The translations under genes were made by a program, and so were the position numbers. Under the pieces are notes generated by a model. It was given only the letters and a program-made list of their open reading frames with translations, was not told the origin of the DNA and did not search any database. 43,084 nt of DNA from a virus (Duplodnaviria; Heunggongvirae; Uroviricota; Caudoviricetes), in the IMG/VR virus record IMGVR_UViG_2778261355_000014, positions 1-43,084 of that record, one strand, 5' to 3'. Shown here piece after piece: positions 9,835 to 20,086 of the stretch (the first letter of the stretch is position 1; every line of letters begins with the position of its first letter).

Positions 9835-9989
9835 ACCGTTATCCCCTCTCTCTTCAGGCTGTCCAACACTCGCTTGTAAATCTCAGAGTTAACAGATCGC
9901 CCGTTCTCTTCAGCTACCTTGCGCACCAAATCCAATACTTCTTTAGGCCACCGCAAATTGAACTGAGGCATTTTTCTTGCACCTTGCAT
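9831..9989 (-). CDS. arc: Arc repressor (ribbon-helix-helix)
   Basis: Hand translation MQGARKMPQFNLRWPKEVLDLVRKVAEENGRSVNSEIYKRVLDSLKREGITV; close to P22 Arc as recalled; under 60 aa so absent from the ORF track. Confidence 0.8.
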   Translation of the reverse strand: MQGARKMPQFNLRWPKEVLDLVRKVAEENGRSVNSEIYKRVLDSLKREGITV

Positions 9990-10012
9990 ATTCAACTCCA
10001 TTTCACTCATTG

Positions 10013-10050
10013 ATAGTACCGTACTACTATTGAAAGTGTACTACTACCGT
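10013..10050. promoter_or_regulatory. immI operator region (Arc/Mnt-type inverted repeats) between divergent arc and mnt
   Basis: ATAGTA-ccgtac-TACTAT inverted repeat and adjacent TACTACTACCGT copy in the 93-bp divergent promoter region. Confidence 0.5.
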
Positions 10051-10082
10051 TCTAGCATGTCAACAAATAAAAGGAGAACGAC

Positions 10083-10325
10083 GTGGCTAGAAATGATCCA
10101 CAATTCAACGTAAGAATGCCTGATGAGATAAAACAGCAACTTACGCATATTGCTGCAACAAATCGCCGCTCGATAAACGCAGAGATTATTTCAGCTATCG
10201 AACTATGGATAAAAATTCATAAAGGGCAGCTAATACCTTCAAGTAGTCGAATCCTGACAAAGTCTGAGCAAGAGGCGTTTGATGTAGCTATTGATGTGTT
10301 AAAACGTGTAAGAGATGGAGGATAA
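10083..10325 (+). CDS. mnt: Mnt-like repressor (ribbon-helix-helix)
   Basis: 80-aa ORF; N-terminal MARNDPQFNVRMPDEIKQQLTHIAATNRRSINAEI resembles P22 Mnt/Arc N-termini; divergent from arc. Confidence 0.7.
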   Translation: MARNDPQFNVRMPDEIKQQLTHIAATNRRSINAEIISAIELWIKIHKGQLIPSSSRILTKSEQEAFDVAIDVLKRVRDGG

Positions 10326-10327
10326 CC

Positions 10328-10561
10328 ATGGAGCAACAACAAGGGTCGCCATTATCATTGATTATTATGGTGATTTTTTTCGTTTTTATCTTTTTTATAC
10401 CTGCGTTAAAAATATCCAAAAAGGCCGGTTTTGACTGGAAGATGGCTGTATGTTTAACAATCCCTGGCTTTAACGTGGTGGCGTGGCTCGCGCTTGCGTT
10501 CATGGATTGGCCAATTCACAAGTATCTACCAAAAGATGTGAATCGTAAGGATGCAAAATGA
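10328..10561 (+). CDS. Small membrane protein (two predicted TM helices), apparently co-transcribed with mnt
   Basis: GGAGGA RBS inside mnt 3' end; hydrophobic stretches LSLIIMVIFFVFIFFIPAL and AVCLTIPGFNVVAWLALAF. Confidence 0.5.
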   Translation: MEQQQGSPLSLIIMVIFFVFIFFIPALKISKKAGFDWKMAVCLTIPGFNVVAWLALAFMDWPIHKYLPKDVNRKDAK

Positions 10562-10767
10562 ATAAAAAACAGCTTATTAAGTCAAAAACGTCAAGCAAGG
10601 AAGAATTAGAGAAGGAGCTAAACTCCCTGAAATATGCTCTGTGTCTGGTTTACTCAAGACTGCCAATGGAAGATAAAAACGCCATTTACAATGAAATGAT
10701 TAGCAGCCTTGATTTTAACGATAGAGACCTAGCATCCCACCTCAACAGCTTCCGCGTCCCTGAGTAA
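10558..10767 (+). CDS. Hypothetical 69-aa protein
   Basis: ATGA start/stop overlap with the upstream ORF; hydrophilic. Confidence 0.4.
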   Translation: MNKKQLIKSKTSSKEELEKELNSLKYALCLVYSRLPMEDKNAIYNEMISSLDFNDRDLASHLNSFRVPE

Positions 10768-10927
10768 TTCTGTTGCGGATTTGCTTCTTGCGGTGGTTTA
10801 AGCTGGAGAGCTTGGCTTCTGCTTCTGATATTTGCGCATCTAGATCTTTAAGCTCAAGATCTGAAAGTCGCTGGTCAAGCAAGGTTTGGTTCAACTCAAT
10901 GTTGTTCAGGCGTTCTTCTATGGTCAT
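10742..10927 (-). CDS. Hypothetical small coiled-coil protein (start taken at MTIEERL)
   Basis: Heptad-like LNNIELNQTLLDQRLSDLELKDLDAQISEAEAKLSSL; convergent with and overlapping the 10558-10767 ORF 3' end. Confidence 0.35.
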   Translation of the reverse strand: MTIEERLNNIELNQTLLDQRLSDLELKDLDAQISEAEAKLSSLNHRKKQIRNRITQGRGSC

Positions 10928-11068
10928 GATTTCTCCTTGTTGAGGTTGATGTGAAACGATTGATTGTATACGCACTCTTTTGTTAGCTAGTAGCTTTGCT
11001 TAATCGCAAGATAAAGTTTCTGATTAATCCCTAAAAATCAAAAAATAAAGTTAAAACAGGTACATGAT

Positions 11069-11272
11069 ATGGAATGGATCATAGGATTTGTTGTTCTTAT
11101 CTTCATAGCCAGTATGTTTAAACCAAGAAGTTGCGATATCTGTGGTGCTGGATTTAAGAAAAAGTACTTCACATGGACTATCGATGGAAAGAAACAGCAT
11201 CTTTGTCCGTACTGCAACAGTAAAATGGAGAGACGCAACAGCGATAGGCGCTTTAAGGATCGATTTGGTTAA
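11069..11272 (+). CDS. Small membrane-anchored zinc-ribbon protein
   Basis: N-terminal TM helix WIIGFVVLIFIASMF then CDICG...CPYC motif. Confidence 0.45.
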   Translation: MEWIIGFVVLIFIASMFKPRSCDICGAGFKKKYFTWTIDGKKQHLCPYCNSKMERRNSDRRFKDRFG

Positions 11273-11288
11273 CCATTTTATCTCCAAC

Positions 11289-11314
11289 AAAAAACCCACC
11301 TGACGGTGGGTTTC
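11289..11314. terminator. Bidirectional rho-independent terminator
   Basis: aaaaaaccc-acctgacggt-gggtttc hairpin flanked by A-run and T-rich tract between convergent ORFs. Confidence 0.7.
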
Positions 11315-11318
11315 ATAA

Positions 11319-12287
11319 TTAGATTTCTGGTTTCATTCTTCCGAAAACCTTTTCTATTCCTTTTTCGTATTCTTCTCTTGTCTCACTCATCGCTGCGACA
11401 CCAAGAAGCTTACCGATATGCTGACGCAAAGCCTTGACACCAATTTCAGAAAGGAACAGATGCAACTTATCAGATTGTTTTCCGTTCTCGTCTCGGCTGG
11501 CTCGAATCTGTTCAAGGATTTTACCTTTACTCTTTGCTAGCGGGGTGTATATCTGCATGTTGGTTAGCTGCCCAAAACGAATAGGCCGTCCTTTCTCTGG
11601 CCTATTCAGGCCGTACAGTCGATACCACTCCTCGTATAGCTCATCTGGAAATTCCTTTTCATATTGACGAGCCTCTTCACGAACAAACGCTTTGAACTCG
11701 TCAATGACAGCCTGAACTTCTGGACGATAACCAGCAAGCGCATACGCAACCCCCTTAATTCCCGCCTTAGCGGAGGCATTAATAAGTCTCTGTGCTGCGG
11801 CGGCTGCCTTTAACCGTGATTGTGGTAGATCGTCATTATCTTTGGCTTCTATTAGTGCCCTACCAATATCAACAATTGCTGTAATGTCATAACCTAACGC
11901 TTGATGAACGGTTTTAGACTTCGAAGTAAGTTGAAATTTATAGGGATTTTCCATTTTTCGCTGCAATTCTAGATCTCGGTATTTGCTCATATACTGAGCG
12001 CCAAGCAGTTGATCTAAATCCCTGGCATGTTCACCAATCCCTAGCAACTGAGATAATCCAGTTTTCGTAACAACGACAGTTTTCGACTCGTCATCCAGTA
12101 CATAACATTCAGCATCAATGCCAAAATCATCTAAAAAGTTACCACGATGAGTTGCCCTGAGAATCTTACTTTTCCATCTTGCAGCAGCTGCTTTCTTTGC
12201 TATTTCAGAACGCTGCTCTTTAGTCAGCGACTTTGCGCGAGCGATCCCGCCCTTAGCTTTCCCTTCGCCACTTTTCTTTTCAGTCAT
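11319..12287 (-). CDS. Hypothetical 322-aa phage protein with basic N-terminus, at the sieA-equivalent position
   Basis: Start taken at MTEKKSGEGKAKGGIARAKSLTKEQRSEIAKKAAAARW; no catalytic motif recognised; family (possibly P63C-like) not verifiable here. Confidence 0.5.
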   Translation of the reverse strand: MTEKKSGEGKAKGGIARAKSLTKEQRSEIAKKAAAARWKSKILRATHRGNFLDDFGIDAECYVLDDESKTVVVTKTGLSQLLGIGEHARDLDQLLGAQYMSKYRDLELQRKMENPYKFQLTSKSKTVHQALGYDITAIVDIGRALIEAKDNDDLPQSRLKAAAAAQRLINASAKAGIKGVAYALAGYRPEVQAVIDEFKAFVREEARQYEKEFPDELYEEWYRLYGLNRPEKGRPIRFGQLTNMQIYTPLAKSKGKILEQIRASRDENGKQSDKLHLFLSEIGVKALRQHIGKLLGVAAMSETREEYEKGIEKVFGRMKPEI

Positions 12288-12443
12288 AATGCAAGCACCT
12301 TTGTTGTGATGTATGCTTGCATTATATGCACTGTACACACATACAAGCAAGCATAAAACTAAAACAAAATGCTTGCATTACAACCGCGCTACTCCAACTA
12401 CACATTATCATCTGGTATCCTGCTCAAAACTAAGGAGGTTGGT

Positions 12444-12671
12444 GTGAAGCGATGGTTCCTCATAATTACTGTTTTCGCGATCATTTATACTATTTTCCCT
12501 GCATTAAAAGCACCAATGCAAATAATTTCGCTAGCAATAATTGCGATTGGTGCTTTCATTGCAGTAGCCGTACTTGTGTTTAAGGTTTTAAAGTTTTTAG
12601 TTTGGCTATCAAAAGATGATGGATGCAAAGTTCATCAAGAAAAAGAAGGCAAAATAACCAAAGTTGACTAA
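12444..12671 (+). CDS. Small membrane protein (two TM helices), divergent from the 322-aa gene
   Basis: GTG start 7 nt after AAGGAGG RBS; WFLIITVFAIIYTIF and IISLAIIAIGAFIAVAVLVF hydrophobic segments. Confidence 0.5.
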   Translation: MKRWFLIITVFAIIYTIFPALKAPMQIISLAIIAIGAFIAVAVLVFKVLKFLVWLSKDDGCKVHQEKEGKITKVD

Positions 12672-14791
12672 CTGTCACTAGCGAGCCATGTAATAATCCC
12701 CGTGCGGGCAATGGTTTTTGCTTCATCTGTTGATAAGGTTTTCTCCCATCTCTTAAATGCCCCAGATTGCATCAGTTTCCTTTCTATTACGCGTCTCACT
12801 TCTGCTCTGTCTACTGGTGCGTTTTGCAGGCGAAATAGCATTGATTTAAACTCAGGAGAAGACAGTAGAGCATCAGCAGCCTTTATCCTGCTTGTTTTCC
12901 CTGACATCAATGCTGACGTTATCACCCCTGTTGCACCTACACCAGGAAGACCAGATAAGCTTGTAATACCTTCCGCCGCAGCAGCTTTTGAGGCTATTCC
13001 ATAAATTTTTGCGAGACTACCCTTTTCTTTCAGAAAGTTATTAACTTGCTGATCCACAAGACTACTAGCATACTGCTTACCAGTATTGAGTCTATTCATA
13101 GCCTTAGCTGCTTGATAAATCGTATCAAGGCGCTTTGATGCATCTGTGCCAATAGCATCACGGAGAGCCTTCATATTGGCCCCATTGCGTGACATTCCGT
13201 TATACCATTTTACAAATCCATCAACTCCTAATTGCTGACCAGGTGATTTGGCATAGCTGGTAAATGCTTTATTCATTGAGGTGAGAGCAACTTCCTGCCG
13301 CATATCCTTTGGAATCGACTTCATTAATTGCCTAAAGTCGCCACCGTTTCCTTTTGCCATATTAACAACAGCACTTTCAACTTTTGGAATTGCTGATTGC
13401 TGAAGTTTTCTACCCAAGACGGTTACAGCATCATCTTCAATGGATTTTCGTTTTTTTACCAACTCCTTACCAAGCGTCCATAATTCACCTGCGCCATATT
13501 TTTCTGCGACAGCCTGTTGGTCATCTGTTATGGCTGCATATAACTTTTTAAGAACACCTGTTTCTTCATCCTTGAATGGACCAGAGCCTTTGCCAATAGC
13601 TTGTCCAACCTGCTTTCTAGCGAGATCTAAACGCCCATACGTTGGCAAGGTGTTTGGATCAAGTCGGTTCAATGTCCGCTTCATTATTGGAGATAATTCA
13701 TCAATTCCACCTATGTCATCAGCAAAATCCTCTAAAAAATTCAATGTATTAGTTGCCTCAATCCGGTCTCTTACAGGAACCTTTTCGGCAATTTTGTTGT
13801 AGATGTTATCTGACTGATTTTGTAATGATGAAATGGTTTTATCAAAATTATCTGCAAGCCTGTCAGAAACCAGTTGCTTATCAAGGCTTCCCCCAAATGA
13901 AGTTATCATTTCATCAGCTTTTCTTCCTAATTCAGTAATAAAACGCTTATGCGCCTCACTAATCTCCGTTCCAGGAAGACTTGCCACTGCATTATCAAGA
14001 GCCCTGACAGCAGGATTATTAGAGATCATGCCTGGAGTGGCATAATTTTCCAGTTCTAGCTCACGAATAGCATTTATCGCGTTAAAATCAGGATTAACTT
14101 CATCGGCGAAATCTTGAATAGCACGTTGCCCACCAATAAATTTATTATCCATTGCGCCAGCAGCTTTCTTTAACGTTGCTTTAGATGATTTACTACCCAT
14201 CCCTACGGATGAACGATAAATATCCCCGGCACTATTTTTAATTTTTCCTGCAATCTTCCCAAGCGCTGGACCAACAATCTCGGCTACAGGGCCAGCCACA
14301 GCACCAATAGCAGCTCCGGAAGCAACATCGCTATTTGTTCCATTGGCTACAATAGCCCCTTCTCCAGCACCAAGCCCTGCGGCGGCAGCCAGCCTTGCCG
14401 CCCCTTTCGGAACCTGAGAAATAATCCCACCACCACTAACAAATGGCGCTGCTTGTCCAACAAACTCACCAACATCTTGTGCGGTTGATGGTTTTGCCGC
14501 TAACTTCTGCTGTAGAGACTGAATTGCGGCTTGCTCTTCTGGTGTCATATCCTGAAACAGGCCAACACCTTTACCAACATCCATCAATCCACTGAGAACG
14601 CCATACATAAAACGGTCGAAACCGTTAGCATTATTAACAACATTTTCCTGTCTGGAATTTTCCTCTGGTGAAACCAAAGGAGATTGCTGCTGTTCTGGTT
14701 GGGAATCAAGCACAAAGCCATCAGGAAGTTGTGAGTTATCAGGCTGTTCATCCAGAACAAAACCCTCTGGTAAACCTACATTGGTTGCCAT
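12668..14791 (-). CDS. Ejection (internal virion) protein, P22 gp16-like
   Basis: 707-aa Gly/Ala-rich protein at the gp16 position of the conserved P22 order. Confidence 0.75.
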   Translation of the reverse strand: MATNVGLPEGFVLDEQPDNSQLPDGFVLDSQPEQQQSPLVSPEENSRQENVVNNANGFDRFMYGVLSGLMDVGKGVGLFQDMTPEEQAAIQSLQQKLAAKPSTAQDVGEFVGQAAPFVSGGGIISQVPKGAARLAAAAGLGAGEGAIVANGTNSDVASGAAIGAVAGPVAEIVGPALGKIAGKIKNSAGDIYRSSVGMGSKSSKATLKKAAGAMDNKFIGGQRAIQDFADEVNPDFNAINAIRELELENYATPGMISNNPAVRALDNAVASLPGTEISEAHKRFITELGRKADEMITSFGGSLDKQLVSDRLADNFDKTISSLQNQSDNIYNKIAEKVPVRDRIEATNTLNFLEDFADDIGGIDELSPIMKRTLNRLDPNTLPTYGRLDLARKQVGQAIGKGSGPFKDEETGVLKKLYAAITDDQQAVAEKYGAGELWTLGKELVKKRKSIEDDAVTVLGRKLQQSAIPKVESAVVNMAKGNGGDFRQLMKSIPKDMRQEVALTSMNKAFTSYAKSPGQQLGVDGFVKWYNGMSRNGANMKALRDAIGTDASKRLDTIYQAAKAMNRLNTGKQYASSLVDQQVNNFLKEKGSLAKIYGIASKAAAAEGITSLSGLPGVGATGVITSALMSGKTSRIKAADALLSSPEFKSMLFRLQNAPVDRAEVRRVIERKLMQSGAFKRWEKTLSTDEAKTIARTGIITWLASDS

Positions 14792-16125
14792 TGTCCGTTC
14801 CTGTAAATAATTTTCTGACCAGTTTTAGGATTTTTCGCGGTCATACCTTCTCGAAATGTTTGACCGCCAGATGTTGCTTGTTGTGTCTGTTGTTGCGCAG
14901 GCTGCTGAATATCTTCATACAGCTTGGCTTTTCTGGATTGCAATTGCTTAGTTAGTCCGCTGGGGAGAGAATCTCCATAAGTTGAAAGATAATCATCCAT
15001 TTGCTGGTTAAACTTTTCGCCTTCAGTATTTGCCATCAGTTTTGAGGTGTTGATTAAGTCTTGGACTTGCTCATTATTCAGCATCTTGCCGTTAGATAAT
15101 TGGCTAACATAGTTACCAAGTGTGCCGAATATTCCATCAGTGCGTTTTACCTGCACTTGCTCACCTTCGCGTACCACAGATTGCGGATCCAGCGATTTCA
15201 TATAGTTGAAAATCATTCCCAACTGCGCGGCTGGAGTGTTGCGCTTCCCAAGGGCTTGTAGGTTGTCAGAAGCACTGCGCATTGCAGAATAATTCTTTGA
15301 GAACCCATTAATATCACTATTCAGATCTCGAACAAGTTTTGGGTCAATCTTTCCGCTTTCCTGTTGTTTCATCCCTAATTCCTGCAACTTCAGGGCTACG
15401 TTATCATTATGCATTTGTGCCCGCTGAGCCCTGTCTAGTTGAGCGTTTTGGATATTTGCCCATCCTCTCGCGTTCTCCATGTCAGCCTGACGGATGCTTT
15501 CATCCAATCGCCCTTTCTCAAGTTGGCGACCAACCATCTTATCCTGAACAGCAAACGCCTTTTCTGGTCCAAGCGCACCGAGAGACATAGTAGTCAGCAT
15601 GTGTGATAGCTGCTCTGGATTCTGGATACCTGTCTGAATCATCCAGTCAGCATTAGCGCCAACGCGATTTAACCTGTCCTTGTTGTCAGTAATGAATTTA
15701 CTGTAGGCTTCCGGTCCCTGAGAAAGAGCGACGTTAGCCCTCATGGCTAAATCGCCCATATCGTTGCGTTGCTGCTCATTAAGACCGGAAAACGCCTGTT
15801 GTGCCTGTGCAACAAACGCTGGATTTTCCTTGGCAAACTTAAATAGTCCCGATGGATCACCAGAAGCCCATGCATCAGCATGAACCTTATTGAACGCACT
15901 AATAGCTTTCTGTTGCTGTTCCTGCTTATAAATATCAGCAACTCCAGCCAGACCACGTAACGCGGTCAGACCGACGTTATTTGCACCTGATCGAGCCAGT
16001 TCATTGTTTTCGCGAATCAGACCAAGCGTTGCGTTAATGTCGCTTGCCTTTGGTGCATTCTCATTTTGCGTACCAATGCCAGCCAGAAAACCACCAGAAT
16101 TAATACCCTGTTGCCACGTAGCCAT
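14776..16125 (-). CDS. Ejection protein, P22 gp20-like
   Basis: 449-aa ORF between gp7-like and gp16-like genes. Confidence 0.8.
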   Translation of the reverse strand: MATWQQGINSGGFLAGIGTQNENAPKASDINATLGLIRENNELARSGANNVGLTALRGLAGVADIYKQEQQQKAISAFNKVHADAWASGDPSGLFKFAKENPAFVAQAQQAFSGLNEQQRNDMGDLAMRANVALSQGPEAYSKFITDNKDRLNRVGANADWMIQTGIQNPEQLSHMLTTMSLGALGPEKAFAVQDKMVGRQLEKGRLDESIRQADMENARGWANIQNAQLDRAQRAQMHNDNVALKLQELGMKQQESGKIDPKLVRDLNSDINGFSKNYSAMRSASDNLQALGKRNTPAAQLGMIFNYMKSLDPQSVVREGEQVQVKRTDGIFGTLGNYVSQLSNGKMLNNEQVQDLINTSKLMANTEGEKFNQQMDDYLSTYGDSLPSGLTKQLQSRKAKLYEDIQQPAQQQTQQATSGGQTFREGMTAKNPKTGQKIIYRNGQWQPM

Positions 16126-16135
16126 TGATTAACCC

Positions 16136-16828
16136 TTAAAACAGTGAACCAAGCAGACCAAGACCAGCACCAATACCAGCCCCCCACGGAGTTGATAGCT
16201 CGAGAGCACTGGCTATGCCACCACCCAAAAGCGCACCGGATGCAGCACCACTAACACCCTGCTGCAATGCTGACGGTCGGTTGGCGTTTGCCGCCGCCAG
16301 TGCTGCGCTTTGCTGCGAAATCTGACTCATGTTGTTGGCATATGTTTGCCCGGCGTTTGCCTGTCCCTGAAGAGCGCCAAGACCGATATTTGCCAGGTTG
16401 TTGTAATTGTTCATTTGTCCAGATAGCCATTGCTGACCAAGCGTTGGTGCGATTGTTGCTAACTGATTACCGGTTGCAGTGGAACCCAATCCACCTGTTG
16501 CTTCCGCTGCCGCCAGACTCTGATAGCGAGCCTGACCAGCAAGATCTTTGTACTGCTGAGAGTTGTAATACTGGTTAAGCGCCTGACCTTGCCCTTCCAG
16601 AGACGATAAGTTCTCGAGGCTGCCGAGATACTTATCAGCCAGAGGAGTAAACGGCTTCAGGTTGTTCATGATGGTGTTGAACTGCTTATTCTGCAGGTCT
16701 GCGGCATACTTCTGAGCTTCTGCGGCATACTTTGCGCTTTTATCAGAGCTGCCACCTTTCCCGCCTTTTTCAGGGCAATAAGGTTCCTCGCCGCGCAGTT
16801 TTCTGCCCAGCTTAAATGCATATAACAT
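16136..16828 (-). CDS. Ejection protein, P22 gp7-like
   Basis: MLYAFKLGRKLRGEEPYCPEKGGKGG... and Gln/Ala-rich body closely match P22 gp7 as recalled. Confidence 0.85.
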   Translation of the reverse strand: MLYAFKLGRKLRGEEPYCPEKGGKGGSSDKSAKYAAEAQKYAADLQNKQFNTIMNNLKPFTPLADKYLGSLENLSSLEGQGQALNQYYNSQQYKDLAGQARYQSLAAAEATGGLGSTATGNQLATIAPTLGQQWLSGQMNNYNNLANIGLGALQGQANAGQTYANNMSQISQQSAALAAANANRPSALQQGVSGAASGALLGGGIASALELSTPWGAGIGAGLGLLGSLF

Positions 16829-16830
16829 GG

Positions 16831-17286
16831 CTATCTCCCGTGATTCAGGAAGTCGATTAGTTCTTCGCGTGTTGCGCTGTAAAACGTCACGTCATCCACG
16901 CCTTTGAAGTATTTATTGATGGTTCCTACACGCTTAAGGCCAATCATTGCGCAATACATCTGACCGTGGCGGAATTTGCGTGCAGCAAATGATGTGACGC
17001 ACTGAACGGTGGTGTTGGTCAAAATGTATCGCCAAAACGCCAGCCCTATTTCCTTGCTGAATCCGCGAATCTCTGGCAGGTACATGGCGTGGCAATCAAA
17101 GGTCAGCGGCTGAATCTCCTGATAGTAAACAATTCCGCCGAACTGCCCGTGCACGTTCACCTCAAAGTAACGGCATTCAGGTTTGTAGTCGTATCCATCA
17201 CCGTTGTTGCTACCAGCGATAATGTCAGGGTGATTTCCGACAGCTTCTATCAGGTCGATGTTTCGCGTTGGTTTGAATGTAATCAT
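16831..17286 (-). CDS. Tail/ejection protein, P22 gp14-like
   Basis: 151-aa ORF at the gp14 position. Confidence 0.7.
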   Translation of the reverse strand: MITFKPTRNIDLIEAVGNHPDIIAGSNNGDGYDYKPECRYFEVNVHGQFGGIVYYQEIQPLTFDCHAMYLPEIRGFSKEIGLAFWRYILTNTTVQCVTSFAARKFRHGQMYCAMIGLKRVGTINKYFKGVDDVTFYSATREELIDFLNHGR

Positions 17287-17987
17287 CAGTCAATCAGCCC
17301 ATGTAATCTAAGTGCTGTTTCAAGCGCCAGAATACGCTGCCGCGCCTGCTCCAAACCTGTAGCGATAGCTGCGACTTCGGATTGTGTGTACGTAGTGCCG
17401 ACCGTGTATGACTGGTTAGCGTTGAATGAGCCAAGAAGAGGTGTACCTGTGGCTGCAGTCCATCCGGTATTTCTTGCTCCAACAACCTGAATTCCATCAA
17501 CTGAATATGATGTTTTTACATCCAGCGGTGACGCAAGAGACTGCGATTCTGTTACGGTTTTCGATACGTAATCACTCTTAATGCCAGAGACATCGTTTTC
17601 TACGTCATCCAGTCTTTGGTCAACAGTGACCAGATGCCCCTGAATATCGATAACCTCATCCAGCAAGTAATCAACATCGCTACGCAGTACGACTATCTTC
17701 CCTTCGGCGGTTGTTAACCTGACCTCAAGGAGATTTATCGCTTTTGTGTTTGCGGTGATTCTTGCGTCGTGATCAGCCAGTTCGACGTCCTGTTCATCGT
17801 TTTTTACCTGGGCTTCGTAAGCGCCCTGACCAGCATGATTTGCCTTCCCGGCAATTGCGCCGACATCAGCTCCCTGATTTATGACATATAGCAGGTAAGA
17901 CTGGCTGAATATATTGCGTGGCAAAATTGAAGCATCAAGGCGCGTAGCCTGAACCGCGACAGGATTATTCAGTGATGAATCCGCCAT
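17286..17987 (-). CDS. Tail needle protein, P22 gp26-like
   Basis: 233 aa; [25 protein letters not shown]... and C-terminal [28 protein letters not shown] match P22 gp26 as recalled. Confidence 0.9.
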   Translation of the reverse strand: MADSSLNNPVAVQATRLDASILPRNIFSQSYLLYVINQGADVGAIAGKANHAGQGAYEAQVKNDEQDVELADHDARITANTKAINLLEVRLTTAEGKIVVLRSDVDYLLDEVIDIQGHLVTVDQRLDDVENDVSGIKSDYVSKTVTESQSLASPLDVKTSYSVDGIQVVGARNTGWTAATGTPLLGSFNANQSYTVGTTYTQSEVAAIATGLEQARQRILALETALRLHGLID

Positions 17988-19405
17988 TACTCAATCCTTA
18001 TCTGAGCGCCAGACAGAGTTACAGGTGACTTCGTGATAACGCGAAGTTTGAAGCCGACATTTTTCCTGATTCGCCCGACACGCTTCCACAAAACGCGTTT
18101 GTCGTAAACGAACGGTTCATTCTGCTCAATCATCTGCTCACGTCCGTAATTTATGCCGTCAGTGGTTGCAGAGAGGAACAGGCGGTCGGCGTACTGCGCA
18201 ACGCCAGTTGACGATTCAACCTCAAGGTCAAACACTCTTGCGTTATCCGCTGTGAACAATGGAGTAAACAGCAGGTGTTCCTGTTGCTTGTCGTACTGGC
18301 TGCTGATATCGAACTGCAATTTACCGGTAACCGATTCCAGCTTATCGCCGCACGTTATCTGATTGCCTTCGTAAATGAAGTCGATAGCGCGGTACACATC
18401 GTCATACAGGCCTGTTTTCAACACACACCATTGCGGACCATTGGCGCTTGAAGATGCGTCGTATACGAGGACGTGGCGCGGAAGATGGATAATCAGCAAC
18501 TCATGCGCATCAAACCGCAACGATTCCATCACGCCATCAGCCAGTTCATCAGCAGTGTAGGAGCGGAGGATTTTCTCAATGCTCGCGCTGGCGATTGGTG
18601 ACACCTGACCGGAACCGATGATATACACAGACGGCGCACCTGTTGCCGGATTGCTGATAAACGCATAGGAATCAGCAAACGGCGTTTTGCAGTAAGTTCC
18701 GGCAATACCTTTCTGCACCATCAGTGATGGCTGTGCGACATACAGAGCAGCCCCAACAGTGGTTGCACCAGTCAGGGAGAAATATTCAATCGTCGATGAA
18801 CCAAAGCAGACGATGAAGTCTCGCCATGTGCCGATGCCAATGATGCCGTCCGGCTGCGATTCTGCGCGATATTGTGCGCTGTAGCGGTCAGGATGCGATT
18901 CGTCTTCAAGATCAGTGATAAACCATGAATCAGTGCCGTCTTTTGACCACGCATAACGCCCACGTAAGCGCGTAATGTCACGAACCGAACCTAACTCATA
19001 CTGCGTGAATCCGCTGCCTGTAGGCCAGTTTGAGACGGTTTTAACCGTGCCATCATAGCGATACTCAACCAGTTGACCATTAACGCCTACAGCCTGAGAT
19101 GTTCGACCATGCGCCATTGATACGCGACCACTTCCGGCAACATCACCAACCTCGCTTTCTCCTTTGTACAGTTTGCCACCACACACGCGATAAACAGCAC
19201 TCTGCGCCATGTTGTACTCGACGCCTCGCGATACTCCGTTCACATCAGAACGTTTGGCAATGCCCGGGAATGAACGAAGATATCCGCTGCTGTTAAGGAT
19301 TTCTTTGGGTGTAGCCAACATATTCACTGGCAGATAGTCGATATAGTCGGCGTTTCGGAAGTCTTTGCCGACACCTTTCATGAGCGGAAGTTGCTGAATC
19401 GGCAT
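17987..19405 (-). CDS. Tail hub protein, P22 gp10-like
   Basis: 472-aa ORF, same length and position as P22 gp10. Confidence 0.8.
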   Translation of the reverse strand: MPIQQLPLMKGVGKDFRNADYIDYLPVNMLATPKEILNSSGYLRSFPGIAKRSDVNGVSRGVEYNMAQSAVYRVCGGKLYKGESEVGDVAGSGRVSMAHGRTSQAVGVNGQLVEYRYDGTVKTVSNWPTGSGFTQYELGSVRDITRLRGRYAWSKDGTDSWFITDLEDESHPDRYSAQYRAESQPDGIIGIGTWRDFIVCFGSSTIEYFSLTGATTVGAALYVAQPSLMVQKGIAGTYCKTPFADSYAFISNPATGAPSVYIIGSGQVSPIASASIEKILRSYTADELADGVMESLRFDAHELLIIHLPRHVLVYDASSSANGPQWCVLKTGLYDDVYRAIDFIYEGNQITCGDKLESVTGKLQFDISSQYDKQQEHLLFTPLFTADNARVFDLEVESSTGVAQYADRLFLSATTDGINYGREQMIEQNEPFVYDKRVLWKRVGRIRKNVGFKLRVITKSPVTLSGAQIRIE

Positions 19406-19414
19406 TTATTCACC

Positions 19415-19876
19415 TCACGTACTCGGATCATCTTTCTCGATGTAAAACCGATTCCACGTAAACGCGCTTTTGTTACCACTGCCGCGAGGCATGTCATTTC
19501 GCCGCTCAAGTGGTGGTATTTTGGTTAAAGCGATACAGATTGTTTGATATGCACTGTCAGCAGCGGTAAGGAGAGCGTCTGACGGCTGAATGACGTTGTC
19601 CATGCACGCTTGCACAGCGAGTTTCAAAGCGACGCCATCATTTGCCCATGCAGGGATACCTGAATCATCGTCAGGTAACGGCATGATGCCGTTTTCTGTA
19701 TCAGCAAACTGATACCCAAGCTCGATACCTTTCGCCTGCCATGCTGCCATCATGTCTTCGAGGTCATTAATGGCATCTTCAATTGCCTGAGGGTCAGCAT
19801 CTGTCAACGTGGCATTGGAATACAGCCCGGCTTTTCGTAAAGCCTTAAGAACGAGATCACCCTTCGTTTTCGCCAT
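19415..19876 (-). CDS. Head-to-tail adaptor, P22 gp4-like
   Basis: 153-aa ORF immediately after the coat gene region. Confidence 0.75.
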   Translation of the reverse strand: MAKTKGDLVLKALRKAGLYSNATLTDADPQAIEDAINDLEDMMAAWQAKGIELGYQFADTENGIMPLPDDDSGIPAWANDGVALKLAVQACMDNVIQPSDALLTAADSAYQTICIALTKIPPLERRNDMPRGSGNKSAFTWNRFYIEKDDPST

Positions 19877-20045
19877 CTTCTTCCGCCTTAGCCACTTTTT
19901 GCTTCGTTGCGGTTTCTTCAGGAGTTTTTACCCAACCTTTTTTCAGGTGAGATTTAACTTCTTCGTCATCAACAATGATGTAATCGACAGCAAACTGACC
20001 ACAGGTGATCATGTTGCCCGGCTTATAGAGCATTGTTCGTGCCAT
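19857..20045 (-). CDS. Small hypothetical protein between coat and gp4-like genes
   Basis: 62 aa from MARTMLYKPGN with GGAGAAGA RBS. Confidence 0.4.
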   Translation of the reverse strand: MARTMLYKPGNMITCGQFAVDYIIVDDEEVKSHLKKGWVKTPEETATKQKVAKAEEDGENEG

Positions 20046-20086
20046 TGTCTTCTCCCAATAAAAATGGGGCCGAAGCCCCACCAAAA

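Noticed and set aside
11319-12350. Reverse transcriptase or retron interpretation of the 322-343 aa ORF
   Set aside because: No YxDD or other RT motifs are visible in the translation.
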